A stretch of 64,000 nt of DNA. Source: an uncultured bacterium. GTDB taxonomy: Bacteria; Patescibacteriota; Minisyncoccia; Phycocordibacterales; Phycocordibacteraceae. Positions within the stretch are counted from its first letter, which is position 1; each line of letters opens with the position of its first letter. The stretch is taken from assembly GCA_963851445.1 (NCBI GenBank), contig CAWKPH010000001.1:553363-617362 (forward strand). Direction: 5' to 3'. The notes under the pieces are model-generated. The model was given only the letters and a program-made list of their open reading frames with translations, ran no database searches and had not been told where the DNA came from. A program made the translations under genes and the position numbers. This document shows, one piece after another, positions 50,964 to 58,493 of this stretch.

Positions 50964-51701
50964 CTAGTCCCCCTCAACTAAGTATTTAGAAATCCAGCCC
51001 TCCTCACGCGCGATGTTGACGACTCGAGAGGACTCATTGTGCGTCAAGCCGTATTTGGTCTCAAGTCCGCGACGCAAGGCCTCTGTTCTACCGCCAAACA
51101 CCATGAACTCTCCATCAGAATCTTCGAAGCCGAGTTCGCGGAGTAGATCTCGGGTCTTCCACACCGTTTGCCAAAAACGAGTCCGCAGGTCATGTTCGAG
51201 AGACTCTGGTGCTCCGCGGTCTGTATGAAGTGCAAGCAGCTCGCTGACCGTTGGGCGCCTAAAGCGCAGGAACTCCTGATCATTAGGCGCAAAATCATCA
51301 ATGTAGCTCTCCATACACAGGATCAGCTCGAGTGAGACTGTGGGGAGGCCTATTGCCGGCTGCCTCAAGAGCTCTTCCTTTGAGAAAGCTCGTAGAATTT
51401 CTGGTGTCACAGTAGTTTGAGGCATGAAGGGCCAGTCAAAACGAGTCAATCCGAGATCGGTAAGTTTGCGCGTAAAAGTACGCATGGGCGAAGTTGCTTT
51501 GTAGTGACGGATATACTGACGAGAGCTATACAAGACTTGCTCAACCGTAATTACAGAGCAAAGCCATGCCTCGTTCCTTTTTCGTTCTTCAGTATCCTCG
51601 CCAAGAGGTCGACACGCTCTTCGAATCAATTCACTGGTGCTGGTGGAACGCAACCCCAACTGCTCAATAGTCATGTGAAAGATCTGTTCCTTGAGGCTCA
51701 T
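50964..51701 (-). CDS. Cassette gene: hypothetical protein
   Basis: AGGAG SD; terminator GGTCGGCA-cttgca-TGCCGACC near 50935-50956. Confidence 0.7.
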   Translation of the reverse strand: MSLKEQIFHMTIEQLGLRSTSTSELIRRACRPLGEDTEERKRNEAWLCSVITVEQVLYSSRQYIRHYKATSPMRTFTRKLTDLGLTRFDWPFMPQTTVTPEILRAFSKEELLRQPAIGLPTVSLELILCMESYIDDFAPNDQEFLRFRRPTVSELLALHTDRGAPESLEHDLRTRFWQTVWKTRDLLRELGFEDSDGEFMVFGGRTEALRRGLETKYGLTHNESSRVVNIAREEGWISKYLVEGD

Positions 51702-51886
51702 GGCCTTCTCCTGTCTAGTATCGCTTCCAGGGTCGGAATGCGATATAAAGCTTACCCTAGTGCATTTTGCGTACTAGTCAATAAATACCGACGACTAGTG
51801 CTATGAGATTAGAACGTGTTTGATATAGAGGAAGGGCGTATTTGAGGGGTTTACAATGAGCCAAAAAGGGGTTTACAATAACTTTA

Positions 51887-52903
51887 ATGGCAGATGACAA
51901 AGGGGCAGTCGTTGACTTTATATTCAAGAATGTTGAAGAGCATACAACAGATATTGCAGCTCTGCTTGTCCAAGAATTTGGATTTTCCAGACAAAGAGCC
52001 AATTTCTACCTGTCTAGAGAAGTAGAAAGAGGGACACTAATACCTTTTGGGAATACTCGAGCAAGACGTTATTTCCTTGCGGGAGGGAGCCATATTGAAT
52101 TTCAGTTGCCTTTAGAAGGGCTTTCAGAGGATAGGGTTTGGCTAAGATATATAAAACCAATGGTGCTTGCATATCCAAACAACATCTTGCGAATAGCGAA
52201 TTATGGTTTTACTGAGATATTGAACAATGCGATAGACCATTCAGGTGGAACGAGTGCATATGTGAGCCTACAGCGTACGCAGGGAAAGCTTCAATTCACA
52301 ATAATGGACAACGGTATTGGTATATACGAAAAAATAAAACAAGCCCTAAACTTAAGCTCTCCTCGTGAAGCGATACTTCATTTGTCAAAAGGGAAGTTCA
52401 CCACCGATCCATCAAACCATACGGGGCAAGGTATATTCTTCACCTCAAGGATTTTTGATAAGTTTTCAATCTCGTCGGACGACATGTATTATTCTTTTTC
52501 AGGTATGGAATGGTTTCTTTCTAACGAAAAACCAGAGAAGTTTGGTAATGGAACTTCTATACAAATGGAAGTGTCGCTAGATTCAAAAATAACACCAGAA
52601 GAAATAATGGATAAATACTCAGATTTGGAAATAGGGTTCACGAAAACGATAGTCGCAGTGGCTCTGAGTGAAGATCCTAACGACCCACACGTATCTAGAT
52701 CTCAAGCAAAGAGACTAATGATGGGGTTAGAGAAATTTCAAACCATTGTTCTTGATTTTAAGGGAGTAGGATCGGTCGGCCAGGCCTTTGTAGATGAGGT
52801 TTTTAGGGTATTTCAAAATGAATATCCTAATATTAGAATCCAATATATTAATGCAAATCCAGAAGTCGATTTGATGATTAAGAGAGGCCTAGCAACAGGT
52901 TAA
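51887..52903 (+). CDS. Cassette gene (inverted): HTH + HATPase_c + STAS-like (DUF4325-type) protein
   Basis: EILNNAIDHS, DNGIGI, GQGIFFTS, SRSQAKRL, LDFKGVGSVGQAFVDEVFRV. Confidence 0.85.
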   Translation: MADDKGAVVDFIFKNVEEHTTDIAALLVQEFGFSRQRANFYLSREVERGTLIPFGNTRARRYFLAGGSHIEFQLPLEGLSEDRVWLRYIKPMVLAYPNNILRIANYGFTEILNNAIDHSGGTSAYVSLQRTQGKLQFTIMDNGIGIYEKIKQALNLSSPREAILHLSKGKFTTDPSNHTGQGIFFTSRIFDKFSISSDDMYYSFSGMEWFLSNEKPEKFGNGTSIQMEVSLDSKITPEEIMDKYSDLEIGFTKTIVAVALSEDPNDPHVSRSQAKRLMMGLEKFQTIVLDFKGVGSVGQAFVDEVFRVFQNEYPNIRIQYINANPEVDLMIKRGLATG

Positions 52904-52909
52904 TTAGGA

Positions 52910-53128
52910 TTAAAATCGCAAAAGTTCCCAGCTCTCCATACGAAGGGCACGTGCAAGTCGCTCAATCGTGCCAAGAGTAAGATTTGCTTCTCCGCGCTCA
53001 ATCATTCCAATGTAGTTTCTGCTCAGTCCAGCGACTGAGGCTAGCGATTCTTGACTCAAACCTCGTCGGAGGCGTTCGTTTCTAAGCTTCTTGGCGAAAC
53101 GGGTAAGAACGGTTGACAACCTATCCAT
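52910..53128 (-). CDS. XRE/Cro-C1 helix-turn-helix protein (C-protein-like)
   Basis: LSQESLA..AGLSRNYIGMIERGEANLTL. Confidence 0.88.
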   Translation of the reverse strand: MDRLSTVLTRFAKKLRNERLRRGLSQESLASVAGLSRNYIGMIERGEANLTLGTIERLARALRMESWELLRF

Positions 53129-53404
53129 ACCTGATGGTATTCGTAAACGGCCTACGTGAGGCACGGGAAATAAATCCAGCGTTCGAACCTAAAAATATCC
53201 TTGATTTGTCTGACGAAAATGAGGTTTTTGCCTCAATTCGTCCTAGAATGCTCCGCATGTTGGTCGATGTCAGAACCTAAAAAATGAAAGGATTCTGGCA
53301 GCAACCGATCTGGGAGTGTGGTCACAGAATACCAAAGGGAACGATGTTGATAGTACTCCGTTACCAAAAGAGCGTCAAACGCAATATCGGTGTAAACTGT
53401 CTCC

Positions 53405-53953
53405 ATGTCCGATGGTAAAACCATAGAAGAACGTGCCAAGGAGTACGACGAGATTCGTAAGAATGCTGAAGAGCTCTACGCTACTTTCAAGCCTGTTAAA
53501 TGTCTCGCTCTTGGTGGCGAAATTGTGCATTTTACCTCAGAAGGCTTCAATCACCTTGTCTACGATAAGCCGAAGAAGATGCGAGATTTGCGTGCTCAGA
53601 TACTGAGATTCGATATGCTTGAAAGAGCGAAGTTTATTATCGAAACCTCAACGACCTATCAAGAGTATGATGAGGACATACGATACAAGAAGGTGAATAG
53701 GCACGGTAAGTATATTGAGATGCCTGTCATGGTACGTACCTGGGGACTGGTGGCAGTGGTCAGAAACTTTCGTGTAAAAGTCGTCATCAAGCAAGAAGGT
53801 AACGGCAAGAAAGAGTTCTATAGCGTCATACCTGCCTGGTTTACGAAGCAGTACCGAGATATAAAAATGATCCAGAGTTCGACTGGCAAAGGTCTGCTTT
53901 CAGAAGATGATGATGAGGTACTAAAAAACGCCACACAAGGTGGCGCTCTTTAG
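53405..53953 (+). CDS. Cassette gene (inverted): putative BECR-fold (barnase/RelE-like) nuclease
   Basis: VHFTSEGFNHL...TYQEY...VKVVIKQEGNGKKEFYSVIP pattern; fold assignment is inference. Confidence 0.55.
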   Translation: MSDGKTIEERAKEYDEIRKNAEELYATFKPVKCLALGGEIVHFTSEGFNHLVYDKPKKMRDLRAQILRFDMLERAKFIIETSTTYQEYDEDIRYKKVNRHGKYIEMPVMVRTWGLVAVVRNFRVKVVIKQEGNGKKEFYSVIPAWFTKQYRDIKMIQSSTGKGLLSEDDDEVLKNATQGGAL

Positions 53954-54313
53954 TATGTCTGTCTCCAGCTCAGAAATTGGCCAGATAGGACTGACGTCCC
54001 GCAGACACCTCACCAGTATACACTTTTGACGCAAGGAGACAAGGTTGTACACAGCCTGAAATATGCCCTACACAAAGCTTCACAGGAGCTTCATTTGGGC
54101 TGGCCGATTTTTAAGACAATTGCTCGAATAAACAAAAAACTCCCCCATAGGGAAGTTCTTTGGCAGAGTAGCGAGCAAACGAGATGCTCGTTCACTCCCG
54201 CAACGCGGCTCTCGGTATACCCGTAAGCGTGGGAGGGGAAGGGAGTATAAAAGAAAAAGCCTCGCAACCAGATGTTGCGAGGCTCCCGTGGCTAATCGGG
54301 CTAAGCCTGAATC

Positions 54314-54676
54314 TTAATGCCTCACTCGAAGGCGCTCGAAATCCCGTTTCAACATCCAGATCCTTGGATAGTGATTGTCGCAGGGATAGCCGAGCTTATC
54401 GATAGATTTATTAAGTGGCTCCGACGACCGTTTATAACGAACGGACACGCTCGTGCCATCCCTGCTTTGAGAGAGGCTGGTCAGGGTGCCCGGTTCCAAG
54501 AAACAGCCCTCACCATCGCCGCTCGGAACCCACTGCGGTTTACGGGAGGTATGCACGGTCTCTTTCTTGACCGGACATTCTCCCCGCATGGGACCAGACG
54601 TATAGCAGCGATTGGCAGCCCAAACGTCCGTCGAAGCGACAGTGAAAAGGGCTGCGAGAATGATAATCGAGCGCAT
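54314..54676 (-). CDS. Cassette gene: Cys-containing secreted protein
   Basis: AAGGA SD, signal peptide MRSIIILAALF...VWA; terminator AGCCTCGCAAC...GTTGCGAGGCT. Confidence 0.7.
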   Translation of the reverse strand: MRSIIILAALFTVASTDVWAANRCYTSGPMRGECPVKKETVHTSRKPQWVPSGDGEGCFLEPGTLTSLSQSRDGTSVSVRYKRSSEPLNKSIDKLGYPCDNHYPRIWMLKRDFERLRVRH

Positions 54677-54788
54677 GTGAGAGTATCCTTGTATTCGATT
54701 GTGAAGCCAGACAAACTGGCGGTGAACATTCTTGAATAAAGTAGCACGAGTATCGAAGTACGTCAAGGGTTCGTAATGTTTCAATACC

Positions 54789-55314
54789 TTGTACTCACCT
54801 TTAAAGTACAACCATGGCATACACCCAAAACCCCAGACTGTATTATCCGGGGTTCCCGTCGAAGGCATGTCGGGTAAGCCTTAAAGAGCATTTCTGCAAA
54901 AGACCTATCTGATCCTGGCCTCTCAGTGTCGAGGGTGCCATTCCTCAACAACTGAGAGGTTATCCAGGATCTTCGTCATCCAGCTCACAGACCCTCGCCA
55001 TTGGTGTCATGCACCAACGCAGGCTTGGAATCCCTGGAATGACGTGGCCGGATAGGCGACCACCTCTGTTGCTTGTACATATCTTCCTGGGCGAGTGCTA
55101 CTCACCGCACTTGTGTGCTGCAGGAAAACAGTATTCATCAAGCATTTCGGACCCTGGTAAGGCTAGGTACTCACTGGCTAGTGAGTACTACATGCTCCAT
55201 TGGTCACCTGAGTGACATGAAGCACCTAGCAAAACCGCTCCGTGGCCCAAGAGAGGGCACATGTACTTGCATAGGGACTTTGCCCTATCAGCTCACGAAA
55301 CTTTCGCGAGCTGA
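54789..55314 (-). ncRNA. Candidate large structured non-coding RNA (family unassigned)
   Basis: About 520 nt with no credible ORF, more than 10 nested helices; three A-C mismatches on + become G-U pairs on -. Confidence 0.55.
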
Positions 55315-55824
55315 ATAGAGGGGAGAAACGAGTTCTCCCAAGTGATAGTTTTGTTTCTGTTGCCAAGCGGGGTATCAGCCGGCTACTTTATGTCTAATTG
55401 ACTCTCTGTATACAGCGCCGTTGATGGTTACTTCATCTTTGGCGTAGGAAAGCAGTCGGCCATTTTCGAACCAACCAGTCCCGCCATCGCATTCGACTAA
55501 ATCGCCGACCTTGACCTCTGGGTACCACGTGTCGGTAAAATCAACATCTATGACACCAGCTGGAGTGAGTAGTTGCATAGGCGTGACTCGGGTATAACCA
55601 TCTTGTTCGGAGCCGTGATATTCGGCTTCCTTGATGATGGTGCCCTTGAATGCTGAGAGAAAGCAACCCATGGCGTAATCTCCGTGTTTGAAAGAACTAA
55701 TCTCGATAAGGACTCGATTTCTCAAATCCTTAATAGAGGGGAGAAACGAGTTCTCCCAAGTGATAGTTTTGTTTCCACATCCTTTCGGACTGAGAAACTT
55801 CTGTTGCCAAGCAGGATATCAACC
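55314..55824 (+). repeat. 44-bp identical direct repeat (55314-55357 and 55732-55775) plus a 26-bp near-identical segment (55355-55380 and 55799-55824)
   Basis: AATAGAGGGGAGAAACGAGTTCTCCCAAGTGATAGTTTTGTTTC twice, with internal GGGAGAA/TTCTCCC hairpin. Confidence 0.9.
55375..55671 (-). CDS. Hypothetical protein (possible OB fold)
   Basis: GGAG SD before MGCFL; upstream GTTCTTTCAAA boxA-like motif. Confidence 0.65.
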   Translation of the reverse strand: MGCFLSAFKGTIIKEAEYHGSEQDGYTRVTPMQLLTPAGVIDVDFTDTWYPEVKVGDLVECDGGTGWFENGRLLSYAKDEVTINGAVYRESIRHKVAG

Positions 55825-55836
55825 CGCTCCGTTCCG

Positions 55837-56232
55837 CTAGTCCGACTCCTCAAGTCGCCTTGCAAGCACCTCCTGGAGAACCAGGGTTGGCAACTGCTCA
55901 GCTAACTTTTCGAAATCGGGAGCATCCTCCCTGTCTTCTTCCCAATCCGACGAACTCCACTCGTGCAGATAGGTAAGTGACAGGGCATGCCTCGTGTTCA
56001 GGATAGACAAGATGCCCTCAAGGCTTCTCGGCTCCTCCTCAACGCAAGGCGGATACTCGTCCCAAAGGTAGGTTTCATTATCACAGTCCGAGAACCGGAA
56101 TACCATGAAATGACCCGTAACCTCTGGCAGGCGGCCCCTTTCCTGAAGAAAGCCCCCGATGGCTTCAGCCTCCGAGGCCTCCACTTTCAGGAGATTGACC
56201 GTAGCTTCGTATTCGGTGATGAGGCTGCTCAT
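55837..56232 (-). CDS. Acidic hypothetical protein
   Basis: AAGGAG SD before MSSLI; TTGACG at about 56326. Confidence 0.7.
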   Translation of the reverse strand: MSSLITEYEATVNLLKVEASEAEAIGGFLQERGRLPEVTGHFMVFRFSDCDNETYLWDEYPPCVEEEPRSLEGILSILNTRHALSLTYLHEWSSSDWEEDREDAPDFEKLAEQLPTLVLQEVLARRLEESD

Positions 56233-56454
56233 AGTCAATCTCCTTTCAAGAGATGTGGGTGGTGCCCGTTGATTCAATGTCCATTGGACCTGCGAGTACT
56301 ATACGCTTTCTCTTACATTACGTCAAGTGTTATGACTAAAACAAACACCCTAATATCTCCTTTTAAGATAGTAAATAAAGCATATAATAGAGCTACCCAC
56401 CATTTATCATCAGAACTATTGACTATTTATAATAACTAGCATATACTCGTTTAT

Positions 56455-57186
56455 ATGGATATCTCAGAAGCAATTGCCACTCTCGGTCTCAACGACAAAC
56501 AAACAGCTGTATATATTACTCTCCTCCAACTTGGAAAGGGAAGCGCATACTCAATTGCAGACCACAGTGGCCTTAAACGACCAACAACCTATGTAATTCT
56601 GGAGGAACTGATCCAGAAGGGATTGGCAGAACGAATTCCGCGAGCACGGAAGCAACAGTATCGAGCTATTTCTCCAGAACAAGCGTTTACTGCATTGGAA
56701 GAAAAACTCGCTTTGGCAAAACAGAAATTGCCCGAACTGCTTGCGATGACTAAAAGCACAGACACTAAAGTGAGCGCTGTGTACTTTGAGGGATTAAAGG
56801 GAATTAAGCAGGTTATGGAATACAAGCAGAAAGAGAGTAAGGGAAAGGAGATAGTTGGCTTCTATGCTACGAGTAACGATCTCCCGAAAGAACTCACCGA
56901 ATACTTTACAGAGTGGAACGAAAAGAACCGCAAGCTCGGCATTACTATGCGTGGCATAGTTCCAGACCATGAATCGCTCTCTACATTCAGAAGCTCTGAC
57001 AAAGAGGCTGGCAGGGATATGAAAGTAGTACCTTTTTCTGAGTTCTCATCGGAAGTTGCTATAGATGTCTCTGGAGATGTGGTGCGAATCCAAGACTATA
57101 AAAATCTTCAAGGCGTAGCTATAGAAAATGCGGACGTGGCAAAGACTATGCGAGAGATATTCGAGATGGTGTGGAAGCGGGTTTAG
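56455..57186 (+). CDS. TrmB-family transcriptional regulator
   Basis: LGLNDKQTAVYITLLQLG...SGLKRPTTYVILEELIQKGL, YFEGLKGIK, FEMVW. Confidence 0.88.
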   Translation: MDISEAIATLGLNDKQTAVYITLLQLGKGSAYSIADHSGLKRPTTYVILEELIQKGLAERIPRARKQQYRAISPEQAFTALEEKLALAKQKLPELLAMTKSTDTKVSAVYFEGLKGIKQVMEYKQKESKGKEIVGFYATSNDLPKELTEYFTEWNEKNRKLGITMRGIVPDHESLSTFRSSDKEAGRDMKVVPFSEFSSEVAIDVSGDVVRIQDYKNLQGVAIENADVAKTMREIFEMVWKRV

Positions 57187-57534
57187 CAGTGCAGAAATCC
57201 TACGGCCAGGGCTCAGCTTTACTCGTCTTCTGGAGGCGCGAGTTCAAGCTCCATGTCCATGATTCCTGGATGGCTCTTGCTTTGGGAGGAGGATACTCCT
57301 ATCGAGGATATAGATAACATCCTCAAGCATGAAAAGGAGATTTCGGCTCTCAAATTCTAGTCAAGACTGTTCGGATCTCGTTCCACACTTCCAGCACTCA
57401 ATGTTAGAATTGGCTGCTACCCAGTAGTCAAATAAAGCCGAGCATCGCCTCCTTGAATTAAAAGTTTCAATAATGTCCCAACCAGCACCAAAAGTTCAGG
57501 GCCACCGATGCGTTAGCAAAGGTGGCCCTAGGGT

Positions 57535-57873
57535 TTAGGCGGCGGCGAGTTCCGCGGTGAGCAGCTTCTTGACGCCGGTGTAGGAGTTCGAGACGAGCTC
57601 CTTCAGCGTCAGGGTGCGTTCGATCGCCCGGGTGTTGATGTCGGTGATCCGCCGCTCGGACTGCTCCGAATTGAGGAGGCCGAGCACGGCGCCGTCATCG
57701 GTGATCTCGAGAACGACCAGATGACGGTGCCAGTGGCTCTCCCCGACGGTGATCACCCACGGCGCATCGACGCCGGTCGTGTAGCGGGACATGGCAGTGC
57801 GAAAGTCGCAGTTGCCAATGGTTTCGGCCACGGCGAAGACATCAGCAGCAGTCGAAAGGAACTGGGTATTCAT
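57535..57873 (-). CDS. GC-rich hypothetical protein
   Basis: AAGGAG SD, TTGACA at 57932-57927, hairpin AGGGCCACC/GGTGGCCCT downstream. Confidence 0.7.
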   Translation of the reverse strand: MNTQFLSTAADVFAVAETIGNCDFRTAMSRYTTGVDAPWVITVGESHWHRHLVVLEITDDGAVLGLLNSEQSERRITDINTRAIERTLTLKELVSNSYTGVKKLLTAELAAA

Positions 57874-58186
57874 GCGATATCTCCTTCTTTTAATCGCCCT
57901 TATATGTAAACATAGTATCTCTATATTGTCAAGTTTTTACTTGGCTGCTCTCAACCTTCAATTGCACCACCCAGGCCGGTTCCAAGCAAATTACCTGAAG
58001 TTGGATAACCAAAAATGGTTACACTATCGCCAACGTTGGCATCAGAATCCGTCATGGGGTGTCTCAGCGGCCGTGTGGGGAAACCTGCACGCTCGGCTTC
58101 GGCCGGGACCTGTGGCGGGTTTACTGTGTACCGCTATGGGATTACTCACCAGCCACAAGGCCGTGTGTGTACGTTAGAATATAAGT

Positions 58187-58426
58187 ATGAAGAAGAAAGT
58201 CGTAAAGAAACGAAAAGAGCGTGCGCCCCGTCTTCATCCAGAAGTAGTGAAGGAAATCAAAGAAATGCTCGAAGACCATCTCACTGAAAGAAACATCGCG
58301 AAATATTTAGGGGTGGAGCTGTATCGTGTGAAGTATCTCAAGTATATGAAGACGAGGAAAGCATACGATGCGAGAGTATACGCAGCAGGAGGAAATCGCA
58401 CACCCAAGAAAGCTAAAAATCGTTAG
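58187..58426 (+). CDS. Small basic HTH-like protein
   Basis: TERNIAKYLGVELYRV HTH-like segment. Confidence 0.55.
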   Translation: MKKKVVKKRKERAPRLHPEVVKEIKEMLEDHLTERNIAKYLGVELYRVKYLKYMKTRKAYDARVYAAGGNRTPKKAKNR

Positions 58427-58493
58427 ATAGGGAGTGTTATTGAAAACCCTAGCCAAAATAGGAGATATGTTGTACAATCCAAAACAAGCGCAT

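Larger units (their letters stand above)
38557..53276 (+). repeat. Type-A 27-bp dispersed direct repeat, consensus GCTCCGC(ATG/CTC)-N6-GA(C/G)GTTAGAAC, 19 copies
   Basis: Starts at 38557, 39190, 39687, 40285, 41432, 42173, 43430, 43991, 45190, 45639, 46321 (25 bp), 46791, 47374, 48091, 48604, 49631, 50466, 51789, 53250; most are followed by a (TG)GTAT(A/G)AAAA tail. Confidence 0.95.
38092..54260 (+). repeat. Type-B longer boundary element (G)CTCCCAAC...GAAG/GGAG-TGAGTATAAAAAGAAAA, 4 copies plus 1 degenerate
   Basis: Starts at 38092, 40948, 44550, 54195 and degenerate 50900; each sits at a junction where a type-A site is missing; 32-bp identity between 38132-38163 and 44591-44622. Confidence 0.75.
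38092..56330 (-). mobile_element. Integron-like array of about 24 self-contained gene cassettes delimited by a conserved same-orientation repeat; no recombinase in window
   Basis: 24 boundary sites at 434-1461 bp intervals, each interval holding one (rarely two) unrelated genes, most with their own promoter, SD and terminator; mobility is inferred, not shown. Confidence 0.75.

Noticed and set aside
38557-53276. CRISPR array interpretation of the 27-bp repeats
   Set aside because: Intervals are 0.4-1.5 kb and contain complete genes, repeat centres vary, and there are no cas genes in the window
54789-55314. tmRNA, RNase P RNA or group I/II intron; also short ORFs 55009-55215, 55073-55318 and the 54868 start extension
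   Set aside because: No tRNA-like ends, no proper GAGGAAAGUCC/P4 pairing, no intron core or domain V recognised; the ORFs lack SD sites and protein-like composition
38092-56330. Classical integron/CALIN with attC sites
   Set aside because: TTCTAAC resembles an inverse core, but there is no matching GTTRRRY end, the sites are only 27 bp, cassettes have their own promoters and terminators, and no intI is present
38092-56330. Prophage
   Set aside because: No terminase, capsid, tail, integrase or replication genes recognised; the ClpP-like gene is an isolated cassette
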